Assembly: GCA_963726455.1 (NCBI GenBank)
Contig: CAVSCK010000004.1
Location: forward strand, 1,792,001 to 1,856,000
Source of the DNA: an uncultured bacterium
GTDB taxonomy: Bacteria; Zixibacteria; MSB-5A5; CAIYYT01
DNA length: 64,000 bases
Direction of reading: 5' to 3'
A program made the translations under genes and the position numbers. Positions 1 to 10,396 of this stretch are shown here, piece by piece. Numbering within the stretch: position 1 is the first letter of the stretch; every line of letters starts with the position of its first letter. Below the pieces are notes generated by a model. The model made no database searches. It worked only from the letters and a program-made list of their open reading frames with translations, and was not told the DNA's origin.

Positions 1-839
1 TTCCGCCGATCGTCGATGATCCATATTATTTCGGCCAGATCGCGGCGGCAAACGCCTTGTCCGATATCTACGCCATGGGAGGCAAACCGCTGACGGCATT
101 GAATATTGTTGCTTTCCCATCAAGCTCAATGCCGGGGGAAATTCTGGCCCGCATACTTAGAGGTGGCGCCGACAAGATCAAGGAGGCCGGTGTTGTCATC
201 GTCGGCGGCCATTCGATCAAGGATAAAGAGTTGAAGTACGGCGTGGCAGCCACCGGAATTATCGATATCGACAAGATCGTGAGAAACGTCGGCGCGCAGG
301 CCGGCGACCGCTTGTATCTAACTAAACCATTGGGGACGGGCATAATCACTACTGCCCTAAAACATGATGCCGCAGATCCGGCTGATGTCAGCGCGGCTAC
401 AGAATCAATGACACGCCTGAACGACAAAGCGTCCGAGCTCATGGTTAAATACTGTGCGCATGCGGCAACGGACATTACCGGTTACGGGATACTCGGCCAC
501 GCGTACGAGATGGCAAGCGGCTCCCGGGTTACATTCAGTTTGACGTTCGATAAATTGCCCCTGCTTCCCAACGTGCTCCAATACGCAGAGGCGGGGCATC
601 TTACAGGAGGCGCTTCAGCAAATCGCGAGTATCTGGAAGACAAGACAATGATTTCCAAAGAGCTGTCTGGTCCGCAAGTTGATCTTCTGTTCGATGCTCA
701 AACCTCGGGTGGCCTGCTGATCGCGTTGCCGAAGGCAAGTGGTGACCTGCTGATGCAGGAGGCCATGTCTCTTGGCTTGTCAGTCTGGGAAATCGGCTAT
801 GTCGCTCCACAGGGAGCGTTCGCGATTGAAGTCGTTTAG
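1..839 (+). CDS. selD: Selenide, water dikinase (selenophosphate synthetase), 5'-truncated by window edge
   Basis: Frame open from position 3: PPIVDDPYYFGQIAAANALSDIYAMGG, GGHS, LTKPLGTG, TDITGYGILGH and DAQTSGGLL are SelD motifs. Confidence 0.95.
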   Translation, partial: PPIVDDPYYFGQIAAANALSDIYAMGGKPLTALNIVAFPSSSMPGEILARILRGGADKIKEAGVVIVGGHSIKDKELKYGVAATGIIDIDKIVRNVGAQAGDRLYLTKPLGTGIITTALKHDAADPADVSAATESMTRLNDKASELMVKYCAHAATDITGYGILGHAYEMASGSRVTFSLTFDKLPLLPNVLQYAEAGHLTGGASANREYLEDKTMISKELSGPQVDLLFDAQTSGGLLIALPKASGDLLMQEAMSLGLSVWEIGYVAPQGAFAIEVV

Positions 840-860
840 GAGATTAACCCTCGGCTCTTG

Positions 861-2348
861 TCACTCGCCAAATACCAGGGCTTGAAACTTGTGAATCACG
901 GCATCCGGGTTCTTGTATGCGTCGCTCGGCAACCCCGCCTTCTCACATGTTTGCTCCAGAAACTGCGTGCGATTCCAGCCATAGTCCGTCGCCACCTGAG
1001 GCAGCAACAGGCCCCGATTGTTTCCGAGAGAAATCATGAGGCCATCGCGACCGACTTGGATGTCATCCAGCGACTCTACCTGCACCAGCGGCGTCAGAAC
1101 CGAAATCTCAAGCTTTAGTTTCGGCACTTCAGAAGCGACGACCGGTACGAAACGAGGGTCCGAGACAGCCGCTTTAACTGCACAATCGGAGACCGTCTTG
1201 TAAAGCGGCTCGACTGCTATCGTGTAGCCGATGCAGCCGCGTAGTTGCCCATTCTCGTTCAGAGTGACAAACGCAGCGCCCGGTGCCTTGAGTCTTTCCG
1301 ACACGTCGAAGTCAGGCACTGTTCCTTTGGCCAAGTAGCTCTCAATCGACCTGCGGGCAATTTCCAGGAGCATCTTCTTGTCGCCCGCCGACAGCGCGGT
1401 CGATTGCTCCTCAGGTGTCTTTTCAATCTGTCCCTGTTTCTCGGGATCAGTCTTCTTCGTAGGAGACGACGACTTGTAGATCGCGGCTGCAACATATCCG
1501 ACCACTGTGGATTTGTCTCCGGTGATGTCACCGGAATCGCCATACCGCAATATCTTCACTTTGTCGGCGCCCATCGCCTTGGCGGCTTTCAGCACGGCAA
1601 GAACGGGGCCACCGCCACACATTTCCACCTGCCCCGTGCTCAGATATTGCTGAAGCTTCGCTATTTTGAATTTGTCCAGGCAGTCCATGCCCAGCGAATC
1701 CATTTTGTAGCCCTCTTTCGCCGGGCGATAATGTTGCCAATCCGAAGATGCGATCATAACTGAATGATTATCCAGCTTCAGGGATGCCAGAGCTTTCGCG
1801 GTGAGATCAATTTCCATTGCGCTCTGCGTTCCCATAACCAGCGGCACAATACGGAAATCCTTCAGTACCGTCTGCAAGAACGGAACCTGCACCTCCAGCG
1901 AATGCTCGCGCTCATGCGGTTGAGATGCAACTGCGAATAGTTCGTTGAATGCGAGAACCTTGTTGCAGAGAGAGTCGTCGCACGCAACGTTTCCCAATGG
2001 CGTTTTCCATATGATGCCCGGTCCATAGACCGATACGCCCTGGTATCGAACGTAATGCGATGGTCCACAGAGAATGACCTTCTTAATGCCGGAATCTTGC
2101 AGGAGCTTGTATGAATATGCGGCCACCGGACCTGAGTACGGATAGCCCGCGTGCGGAACGACCAGCGCGATAAGCCGTCCTTCGATGGCCGGCTCGCTGA
2201 CCTTGCCTAGAAACGACTCGACCGCTCCTCTCAATTCCGCGCTATCTGCCGGATAGAATTGGCCTGCCACCGCCGGCTGCCTTATTGTGGCGCTTTGTGA
2301 AACGGCAACGGCGAATATCAACGTGCAGAGTATCACGAATCTTTTCAT
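861..2348 (-). CDS. AmmeMemoRadiSam protein B (MEMO1-like) fused to protein A (AMMECR1-like), with N-terminal signal peptide
   Basis: ATG at 2348 after GGAG. MKRFVILCTLIFAVAVSQSA is signal-like. MEMO motifs RQPAVAGQFYP, PHAGYPYSG, GPSH, EHSLEVQVPFL; AMMECR1 motifs LRGCIG, GLLLPQVA. Confidence 0.9.
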   Translation of the reverse strand: MKRFVILCTLIFAVAVSQSATIRQPAVAGQFYPADSAELRGAVESFLGKVSEPAIEGRLIALVVPHAGYPYSGPVAAYSYKLLQDSGIKKVILCGPSHYVRYQGVSVYGPGIIWKTPLGNVACDDSLCNKVLAFNELFAVASQPHEREHSLEVQVPFLQTVLKDFRIVPLVMGTQSAMEIDLTAKALASLKLDNHSVMIASSDWQHYRPAKEGYKMDSLGMDCLDKFKIAKLQQYLSTGQVEMCGGGPVLAVLKAAKAMGADKVKILRYGDSGDITGDKSTVVGYVAAAIYKSSSPTKKTDPEKQGQIEKTPEEQSTALSAGDKKMLLEIARRSIESYLAKGTVPDFDVSERLKAPGAAFVTLNENGQLRGCIGYTIAVEPLYKTVSDCAVKAAVSDPRFVPVVASEVPKLKLEISVLTPLVQVESLDDIQVGRDGLMISLGNNRGLLLPQVATDYGWNRTQFLEQTCEKAGLPSDAYKNPDAVIHKFQALVFGE

Positions 2349-2432
2349 TGGACTCCTCCGGACTGATTCAGGCCCAAAGTGGTGCGGGCAAAAACCGTAC
2401 CCCTTCCGCCAGTAAGGGTGTATATTCAGTAT

Positions 2433-3353
2433 ATGAGCCGGGTCGTTGTGGTCAAGTACATTGGCGACCAGCGAAATCGCCCTCTTTCTCAATCGGATTA
2501 CGAAATTCTTCTCAATTCCGCCTTCCTGACGCTTTCTGGTAACGGCGATTTGCAGGCCGCCATTCGAAAGTATCTGCCCGACGGTGTAGTTGGTATGAAG
2601 CCGAACTGCCTGGCGCACAAATGGAATGCGACGCCGGTGCCTCTTATCGACGCTCTCTCGAATCTGTTGACATCGACCGGTTTGCGCGACAAAGACATTG
2701 TCGTCTGGGAGCGCAGCAACCGTGAATTATCTGCCTCCGACTACAAACTAAATGCGACCTCGACCGGTCGGCGCTGCTTCGGCACTGATGCCACCATTGC
2801 TGGCTATAGCAGCGATTTCTATTCGTTTGGCGAGGTCAACTCGTTGGTTACGCGCATCTTGACTGAAATCGTCGACGTCAACATCAATCTGCCCGTATTG
2901 AAAGACCACTCCGTCGCGGGTTTGTCGGGCGGCATGAAGAATATGTACGGCGCTATCAACAACCCTAACAAGTACCACGCCGACAACTGCAATCCGTTCT
3001 GTGCCCATGTCAATCTCTTGGAGCCGATTCGTACGAAGAACCGGCTGACCATTATTGATGCCGTGCGCGTCCAGTACAATGGCGGACCCGGCTTTGTGGA
3101 AGACTATATCGCCTACTTCGGCGGAATCGTCGTAAGCGACGACCCGGTTGCCGCCGATCGAGTGGGTCTCGAAATAATCGAGCATTTTCGTGCGGTTAAC
3201 GGCTTGCCGACTCTCGATAGGGTCGAGCGTCCCGTGAAATACCTGGCGACGGCGGAGAAACTCGGCCTGGGGACTGCTGATATGAAGAAGATTGATTTGC
3301 AGGTTCTGTCTGTCGACAAAAGCGGTCGACATAACTCGGAGACACTATTCTAA
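2433..3353 (+). CDS. DUF362 domain-containing protein
   Basis: VGMKPN, INLPVLKDHSVAGLSGGMKNMYG, DPVAADRVG, YLATAEKLGLG are typical of DUF362; start may be 2379 or 2433. Confidence 0.8.
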   Translation: MSRVVVVKYIGDQRNRPLSQSDYEILLNSAFLTLSGNGDLQAAIRKYLPDGVVGMKPNCLAHKWNATPVPLIDALSNLLTSTGLRDKDIVVWERSNRELSASDYKLNATSTGRRCFGTDATIAGYSSDFYSFGEVNSLVTRILTEIVDVNINLPVLKDHSVAGLSGGMKNMYGAINNPNKYHADNCNPFCAHVNLLEPIRTKNRLTIIDAVRVQYNGGPGFVEDYIAYFGGIVVSDDPVAADRVGLEIIEHFRAVNGLPTLDRVERPVKYLATAEKLGLGTADMKKIDLQVLSVDKSGRHNSETLF

Positions 3354-4492
3354 TGAGACGGCGCGCTTTCCTTCAATGTGTCGGTTGCGGCGCCGCTGCT
3401 GTTGCAGCGACACAGACAGGTTTATTCCCACCGGTTTTCAATACACTGCAAAATGCTTATGTTTTGGGCGAGCCGAGCGATCTTTCCTCCCAGGAAGCGC
3501 GTTTCTACAAGAAGCTGCCGGGCGGCGGAATCGAATGCGGAATTTGTCCCCGGCATTGTCGCGTCACCGATCTCGAACGCGGATATTGCGGCTCACGTGA
3601 AAACCGAGGCGACATCTATCACACGTTAGTCTATGGCAAACCGTGCTCGCTGAACGTCGATCCGATTGAAAAGAAACCGTTCTTCCACTTCTATCCAGGC
3701 ACTACGGCGTTATCGCTGGCGACCGCCGGCTGCAACGTCAACTGCAAATTCTGCCAGAATTGGGAGATCTCTCAATCGCGCCCCGAGCAGACCCAGAACA
3801 TTGATCTTCCGCCTGCGTCGGCAGTCGAAATGGCTGTTCAACGCAAAATCCCCAACATCGCCTACACCTATTCTGAACCGACAATCTTCTACGAATACAT
3901 GTCGGATATTGCCGCACTTGGACACAAGAACGGCGTCAGATCAGTGATGGTTTCGGGCGGCTATATCGAAGAGGAACCGCTTCTCCAGTTGCTCCCGCAC
4001 CTGGATGCAATCAAGGTTGACCTCAAAGGAATTCGCGAGGAATACTACAAGACGGTCGTCAACGGCGAACTCAAGCCGGTACTTGATCGGCTGATGCAGA
4101 TCAGAAAGTCCGGCGTCTGGCTAGAAATTGTGACACTGATAGTACCGACGCTTAATGATACTGAGGCCGAATTTCGCGACCTGAGTCGCTGGATTGCGAC
4201 GAATCTCGGCGTCGATGTGCCGCTTCACTTCTCGCAGTTCTATCCTCAGTACCTCTTGAGGAACCTGCCGCCGACACCGCCAAAGACTCTGGAGACTGCG
4301 CTGGATATCGCGAAGGCCGAGGGACTGCAATATGTCTACCTTGGCAATCTTCCCGGTCATCCCGCCGAATCAACTTATTGTCCGAAGTGCGGCGCAACCT
4401 TGATCGAGCGCAAGGGTTTCCGCATTTTGCAGTCCAACCTGACCGGCAATCAATGTTCAGCATGCCGGCAAATCATTCCCGGTCGTTTCTAA
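3353..4492 (+). CDS. AmmeMemoRadiSam radical SAM enzyme with Tat-like leader
   Basis: GCNVNCKFCQNWEISQ (CxxxCxxC), N-terminal CGICPRHC, DPIEKKPFFHF, C-terminal CPKCG...CSAC; N-terminus MRRRAFLQ followed by a hydrophobic stretch. Confidence 0.92.
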   Translation: MRRRAFLQCVGCGAAAVAATQTGLFPPVFNTLQNAYVLGEPSDLSSQEARFYKKLPGGGIECGICPRHCRVTDLERGYCGSRENRGDIYHTLVYGKPCSLNVDPIEKKPFFHFYPGTTALSLATAGCNVNCKFCQNWEISQSRPEQTQNIDLPPASAVEMAVQRKIPNIAYTYSEPTIFYEYMSDIAALGHKNGVRSVMVSGGYIEEEPLLQLLPHLDAIKVDLKGIREEYYKTVVNGELKPVLDRLMQIRKSGVWLEIVTLIVPTLNDTEAEFRDLSRWIATNLGVDVPLHFSQFYPQYLLRNLPPTPPKTLETALDIAKAEGLQYVYLGNLPGHPAESTYCPKCGATLIERKGFRILQSNLTGNQCSACRQIIPGRF

Positions 4493-6634
4493 ATGACTCG
4501 CCAGGGGCTTCTACTCGGTTTCTTCTCGACTGCTGCACAAGTGTTATTGTTGCGCGAGCTCGAATCGTCGCTCAACGGCAGTGAACTATTCATCGGCACG
4601 GCTTTGTTTGGCTGGCTGATAGCCGTCGCGGCAGGCGCTTATCTGGGCGGTAAGACAAAAAGAACTGTCACACCAACTATACTGTTCGGCGCCGGAGCTC
4701 TGCTATTGCCTCTGCTGATCATCGTTGCGCGATTATCTCCTCTCTATGTGACACACGTAACCGGAGAAACAATCCCTTTCAGTACAGCGGCTCTGATTTC
4801 GATTCTTGCGACGGTCCCCGCGGGCATCCTGTCGGGCTGGCTGTTCACAACCATAGTGCGCGGACAATCGCCGGAGTCAAACACGATCACAAAGCTCTAT
4901 TGTATCGAAGGAGTCGGCGCCGGAATCGCTGGCGTGCTGATCACGCTGCTGGCGGGAACGTGGTTCTCGACGCTAGCAATAGCGATCATCGTCGCAGTAA
5001 TTACCGTGGCTGCTTTGCTATTTGCGCCGTCGGCAAAAAGAGCAGTGCGATTCTTTGTCGTGATTGGCGCGATACTGATGATCGTTCTCGCCGTCACGAG
5101 TATTCCCATTCTCGACCGCGCTATTGACGGCATCAAGTATTCGTCGTATCGAGTACAACAGACTTTCGATACGCCATACAGTCACGAAGCCATTCTCACG
5201 CGCGACAACAGCACTGTCCTGTTAACCGACAATACGGTTGAGGCGACCAGCCCGGACCTGTTGACGGATGAGAATCTCTTGCTGCCGCCGTTCGCTTATA
5301 GTCCGGGCGCCACGAAAGTTCTCGTCTTCGGACGTACCGAATTCGGCATCGAGCAACTTGCCAGCAGACTCGGCAACGTATCGATCACTTCCGTCGATCC
5401 GCGCCAAATGCGTGGAACAAAAGCGACGAACACTTCTCAGATAGTCCGAGTCACTGACGACCCTTTGGCATTTGTATCGCGGACCGGCAAGCACCAGTCA
5501 TATGACATTATCATTCTGCCGGCGGGCGATCTTGGTAGTTATAGAAACAGTCGCCTGATATCGAAGCACTTTCTCGGCGCTGCCAGGCGTCTGATTGCGC
5601 CCAAGGGAATCATTTTCATCCCGACCCGTTACGACTCCGACCGCTATATCAGCGCTCGCGAGCAAACAATCCTGTCGACGATCTACGCCACTCTAAGGGA
5701 GACATTCCCGAACGTGCAATCCTGGCCGGGAAACATGACTTTGTTCTTCGCGTCTTATGAATTGCCGCTTGATCTGCCGTACGATTCCCTGATTTCGAAT
5801 CTGTCGCGACTTTCGTACATTCCCCAATTCATTGGTGAGAATTATCTCAAGGACAGACTTGATAGTCTCAAGGTAGATCGGTTAGTCTTATCCTTCGGCA
5901 GTTCTTCGCATGCCAACAGTCTCAACGTTCCGCTATTGACTCTTCAGGAGACGCTCTATCGATCAGAACTGAGCAAGTTGGATGCGAAGATATCCGCAGC
6001 TTTATTGGATAGTTCCTGGTGGCTGGCAATACTGCCCATCTTGATTGTGACTCTGTTCTTCGTTACCGTGATTGGTCGCAAGGGACACGCATCTTACGGT
6101 CTGTTCCTCTATTTCTGCGCCGGCGTAGTTTCACTCACATTGGAGATGATTGCGTTCTACGTGTACCAGTCAACTGCGGGTTCTTTGTATTCCGAATTGG
6201 CGATCCTTATCGGAATCTTTATGTTCGGACTATCTGCGGGAACCTACCTGACTCTCAAATCCGAATTTGAACGTGTCGACTTGAGTGCGATCATAATGCT
6301 TCTGACGGCGACTACCGTGTATACTCTCGCCTACAAGACCGTTCCGTCATCGATGCTTCTAATATTCCACATTCTCTTCCTGCTCACAATAGCCCTCGGA
6401 ACCGGGAGTCTGTTCGCTGCGGCAACACGACGATATTACGGTAGACGCCCGGGGCCCAACCAAGGCGCCGGTTACGCGCTCGAACTCACAGGATCATCTC
6501 TCGGCGCTGTCCTGACAACAACCGTCCTTCTGCCCGCGATCGGGCTGCACTGGCTTCTTGTAGGCGTGATTCTGCTGCTAGCTATCGCAGCGGTTGGCTC
6601 GATCTTGACGGCGAGAGGCTCCCAGGCGAATTAG
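4493..6634 (+). CDS. Multi-pass membrane protein with central spermidine-synthase-like domain
   Basis: N- and C-terminal TM bundles (QVLLLRE...GSEL; YQSTAGSLYSEL) flank a soluble domain with TPYS, TKVLVFG and YDIII. Confidence 0.75.
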   Translation: MTRQGLLLGFFSTAAQVLLLRELESSLNGSELFIGTALFGWLIAVAAGAYLGGKTKRTVTPTILFGAGALLLPLLIIVARLSPLYVTHVTGETIPFSTAALISILATVPAGILSGWLFTTIVRGQSPESNTITKLYCIEGVGAGIAGVLITLLAGTWFSTLAIAIIVAVITVAALLFAPSAKRAVRFFVVIGAILMIVLAVTSIPILDRAIDGIKYSSYRVQQTFDTPYSHEAILTRDNSTVLLTDNTVEATSPDLLTDENLLLPPFAYSPGATKVLVFGRTEFGIEQLASRLGNVSITSVDPRQMRGTKATNTSQIVRVTDDPLAFVSRTGKHQSYDIIILPAGDLGSYRNSRLISKHFLGAARRLIAPKGIIFIPTRYDSDRYISAREQTILSTIYATLRETFPNVQSWPGNMTLFFASYELPLDLPYDSLISNLSRLSYIPQFIGENYLKDRLDSLKVDRLVLSFGSSSHANSLNVPLLTLQETLYRSELSKLDAKISAALLDSSWWLAILPILIVTLFFVTVIGRKGHASYGLFLYFCAGVVSLTLEMIAFYVYQSTAGSLYSELAILIGIFMFGLSAGTYLTLKSEFERVDLSAIIMLLTATTVYTLAYKTVPSSMLLIFHILFLLTIALGTGSLFAAATRRYYGRRPGPNQGAGYALELTGSSLGAVLTTTVLLPAIGLHWLLVGVILLLAIAAVGSILTARGSQAN

Positions 6635-6671
6635 CCTACGTACATCAAGACTTTTGAGAGTAAATCCGTCG

Positions 6672-8360
6672 TCACGAGATTCGGTTAGGTGGGGGAGTTA
6701 ACTTGCGATTCCGTAGCAGCAGTTGATTCCGATTCGACCGCGACTCGCCGACCGAGGTGATGTAGATCGCCGCATCGCCGGTAACCGGGCACGCATACTC
6801 GCAGGCGCCACAACCGGTACAGAGTTCGGGATCGACCGACGGGCGCTTGACTTTCACTTCTTCCTTGCGACGATTGAATGCCGTTTCTTCCGCGAAGTAA
6901 ATCGCTTTCGGCGAAGTTGGGCACCACTCTTCACACACAATGCAGGGCGTAGCCATCGCCCAGGGCAGGCAACGGCCGCGATCAATGAACGCCGTGCCGA
7001 TGCGGTTTGGCGGCACAGTCTCGCTGCCGACCTTGCGGGTAAGTGTCAATTCGGAAATCGCTCCCGTCGGACATACTTGTCCGCAGAGAGTGCAGGTCGG
7101 TTCACAATAGCCAATCCTGGCAATTAATATCGGTGACCACAGTCCTTCAGCCCCGGCTTGCAGCAGAGTCGGATGAAGTGCATTGTTCGGGCAAACCCGC
7201 ATGCATTGACCGCATCGTATACAGCGGGAAATGAACTGGTTCTCCGGAAGCGAACCCGGCGGGCGGATCAAGCGAGGATTGGAATTCACTTCGAAGGCAT
7301 CGCCCGATCGCAGCAGCGGCACAAGTGCAACTCCGCTGGCAAGGGATGCCAGCACCATGCGGCGCGAGGCGTCAACCTTCTGCGTGCTCGCCGGACTGGC
7401 AGCCGTGGCAACTCGCTCTGGGTAGAACTTGAAACTGAGAGATGACGCAGGGCATTCCGCCTGACAGTTGAGACAGAGATGGCACTCCGGCTGCCGCCAG
7501 ACTGATCCCACATCAGGCCCGTCTGCTCCCTGACAATGCAGCAGGCACAGGTTGCAGTGATTGCAGGTTGCTTCGTCTTTCGTAAGTCCGAAGATTGTCC
7601 AGCGTGAAAAGACGCCGAGTAATGCCCCGAGCGGACAAATGCCTCGACACCAGAAACGTGTGATCAGGCGATTCAAGACAAGTACTGCCAGGAAGAAGAC
7701 AGCGATGAGAATGATTCCGTGAAAGTGCGCCTGGCGATACGGCAGCAGGACGGCGGCAAAAGCATCATAGACCGATTGAGCCCCTGACGCGATCGCCGGC
7801 GAACCCAGACCTTTCACTGCACCGAGTATGCCTAGCGCCGCGGTGTGCAGGGTCGGTAATATCGCTGTCCCGAGAGAGCGTGCCAGTAATGCCAGAGGAT
7901 CCAGTAACCCTATTTGCAGACTGCCGAACAAAGCCGCGGCCAGGAACAGGAACAGTAGATAGTATTTGATACGCTGATACTTGCCGTAACGGTTTCTCTT
8001 AAGTCGACGCGCATTGTCGCCGGTACCTTTGACTGCACGCACTTCCGATACCCAGTGATTAAGTGATCCCAGTGGACATACCCAGCCGCAGAAGAAACGC
8101 CCTAGCACAATTGTGGGAATCAGAATGACCAACGACCAGAGCAGCCCCTTATATAGTGTACCGGCGGCAAGCAGTGTGGACAACGCGGCCAACGGATCAA
8201 ATTGAAGCGCAATAGAAACCGGATACGGGAGTTGAATCTCGGTGGCGTTGGCGGGCAAAAAATGAACTTCGAAAGTTGTCTTGAGTATGAGCCAGAAGAA
8301 GACTAGAAAGAATACAACCTGCGAGATACGGCGCAAATTGCGAACTGCCTTAATGGTCAT
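6672..8360 (-). CDS. Membrane 4Fe-4S polyferredoxin (NapH/MauN-like fused to NapG/MauM-like)
   Basis: GRFFCGWVCPLG, RFWCRGICPLG, CNHCNLC, CIRCGQCMRVCP, CTLCGQVCP, CTGCGACEYACP; internal SRRMVL; ATG 8360 overlaps the reconstructed upstream stop. Confidence 0.88.
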   Translation of the reverse strand: MTIKAVRNLRRISQVVFFLVFFWLILKTTFEVHFLPANATEIQLPYPVSIALQFDPLAALSTLLAAGTLYKGLLWSLVILIPTIVLGRFFCGWVCPLGSLNHWVSEVRAVKGTGDNARRLKRNRYGKYQRIKYYLLFLFLAAALFGSLQIGLLDPLALLARSLGTAILPTLHTAALGILGAVKGLGSPAIASGAQSVYDAFAAVLLPYRQAHFHGIILIAVFFLAVLVLNRLITRFWCRGICPLGALLGVFSRWTIFGLTKDEATCNHCNLCLLHCQGADGPDVGSVWRQPECHLCLNCQAECPASSLSFKFYPERVATAASPASTQKVDASRRMVLASLASGVALVPLLRSGDAFEVNSNPRLIRPPGSLPENQFISRCIRCGQCMRVCPNNALHPTLLQAGAEGLWSPILIARIGYCEPTCTLCGQVCPTGAISELTLTRKVGSETVPPNRIGTAFIDRGRCLPWAMATPCIVCEEWCPTSPKAIYFAEETAFNRRKEEVKVKRPSVDPELCTGCGACEYACPVTGDAAIYITSVGESRSNRNQLLLRNRKLTPPPNRIS

Positions 8361-9312
8361 CCGGTAATCTCTTTGAAGCCCGCGGCACGATAGTCGACCT
8401 TTCCCAATCCCAGCTTCTCTGCGAGAACTATATGGGAAACGTCCTCCCCTTTCAAACCGAGAAATTCGAAGCCCGCGAATCGGCTGCAACTTGATCGGTG
8501 GCGCAGATCACTGAATCTTCAATCGCCACGTCGTCGAGTGATCCGCCGGTCGGGCCGCCGCGCAGCAATACCCGGGTGCAATCAACGACTGTCAACGTCG
8601 GTTTGCCGAGTCCCGCCACGTCGACAATTGCCTGGTCAATCTTTTGATGGAATTGGCTTCGCCGGCCGCCCAGAATGCCGTAGAAATTCTTCATGGCGCC
8701 GGTATAGCCGGTCAGCGAATGATGCTTGGCAATCGGCATGTTTATCAGCCGATCGGTCTGCACGAAGTACTTCAGCACCGGCCAGACGTCGACGGCCTGC
8801 CCACCCACTACGGTGCGAAGATAGTCCTCTTCGAGCGGCAGGATGACTTTGGCGCCCGCCTTTTCCGCTTCCGCGCGAATTCCTGAGCGCAGGAAACAAC
8901 GGCGCGGCTCGTTGCACGATACATCCGTGACAATCACCTGCGCTGCACCGGCCGCCAGGCACAGGCGAACCATCTCTCCTACCAATATCGGATTGGTATC
9001 TGCGGCCTGTTCCGGCGTGCGATCCCAGCCGATGTTCGGCTTGATCGTCACCTTGTCCCCCTTGCGAATGAATCTCTTGATTCCGCCGATACCATCCAAT
9101 GAGGAGTGCAGCGCCGCAATCGGGTCTGAATTTTTCGTCAGTATTACCTGCGGCAACTGCTTGTCAGCGGGAACTGTGAAGTCGGACGTTTTTAAAATGA
9201 TAGGTTCGCTGCCGGTGACCTGTCGATTATGAAACAGCATTCCGACGGCAGTCGTAGAAGCGGCAAACGCCAGTGTCTTTCCGGTGGTTTTGAGAAATTC
9301 GCGTCGTTCCAT
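8357..9312 (-). CDS. DUF362 domain protein with Tat signal; frameshift near 8468 (reconstructed end 8357)
   Basis: MERREFLKTTG Tat motif; KPNIGWDR, INMPIAKHHSLTG. Adding one base at ...GCTTCG^AATTTCTC gives EFLGLKGEDVSHIVLAEKLGLGKVDY...ITG* ending in an ATGA overlap with the next gene. Confidence 0.85.
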
Positions 9313-9444
9313 GGTGTGGTATCCTCTCGTATAAATAAAGCTGACAGGGAACGAATTTGCAAGTTCTTAAGGAAGACCGGTACGATTTTACACATAAGTA
9401 TTGGCCAAAGCGCAAGAGGCGACTAGTTTGGCCGGGAGATCGAA

Positions 9445-10356
9445 ATGAATGACCGCGTGACATATCGAACAATCTTGTACCTCGTCAATTTCAGTCTTTC
9501 TTTGATGACGGCCCTGGCATTTCTCCTTACGGAAAACGTGCTGGCTCTCACCATGCCTGACGACAATTTCGCAAGTGGCTGGACAAAACCGGTAAAGCCG
9601 CTGACCTATACGCGGGAAAGTCTCTCGGACTATGTAAATGGTGATGCTGAATTATTCAACGAGCTTGGATTCCGGCAACTGGAAGTTCAGCAATACAAGA
9701 ATGGGAGCTCAGAAATTGATCTGGAATTATACGAACTGAACGATCCCAACGGCGCAATGGGAATCTACTTGCTCAAGTGCGGCAAGGAAACGCCTTCCTC
9801 CGAGATTACTTCCCGGAATTCAGTCAATCGTTCGCAACTGGTCGCCGTCAAGGCAAACTTCTTTATCCAAGTCCTGAACTATACCGACAACGATAACGTC
9901 CAGCCGACCATGATCAAACTTGCGCAACAAGCCTTGTCATTGGTGGCAAACAAATCTGATTCAACCGTTCTGGGCCTGCTACCGAGGCAGCAACTTCAAG
10001 CGGGTTCGGAACACGTCTTTTGCGGCCCTTTATCGTTGCAGGCGGCGTTTCGGTTAGGCAAAGGCGATTTCCTGCAGTTGCAGAACAAGACTTTCGGGGC
10101 GTCTGCCAAATATTCGGAGGGACAAAGTGGAAGCTATTCTTACTGTGTCGTCACGTACTCCGATCCCACCGCTGCTTCCGCGGCGTTCGCACACTTGCAG
10201 AAATCTCTTGATCCGGGAATTCAATTATCCGACAAGACGGCCGGTAATTTCACTTTCAAGGACCGCCTGGCAAAATTCGGGACTGCTATACTAAAAGACA
10301 GCACGATTGAGCTAAAGCTGAATCTTGCGCACAAGCCGGTAAGTTCTTCGAAGTAG
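9445..10356 (+). CDS. Exported protein, DUF6599-like
   Basis: N-terminal hydrophobic signal; LSDYVNGDAELFNELGF and LELYEL...GAMGIY motifs. Confidence 0.65.
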   Translation: MNDRVTYRTILYLVNFSLSLMTALAFLLTENVLALTMPDDNFASGWTKPVKPLTYTRESLSDYVNGDAELFNELGFRQLEVQQYKNGSSEIDLELYELNDPNGAMGIYLLKCGKETPSSEITSRNSVNRSQLVAVKANFFIQVLNYTDNDNVQPTMIKLAQQALSLVANKSDSTVLGLLPRQQLQAGSEHVFCGPLSLQAAFRLGKGDFLQLQNKTFGASAKYSEGQSGSYSYCVVTYSDPTAASAAFAHLQKSLDPGIQLSDKTAGNFTFKDRLAKFGTAILKDSTIELKLNLAHKPVSSSK

Positions 10357-10396
10357 TTGTCTCTGAGCTTCTCTCCAAATCAGGCACCTGCCGCTC

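Noticed and set aside
2349-2618. 90-aa N-terminal extension of the MEMO-AMMECR1 ORF
   Set aside because: Overlaps the divergent DUF362 gene; the RBS and signal peptide support the start at 2348
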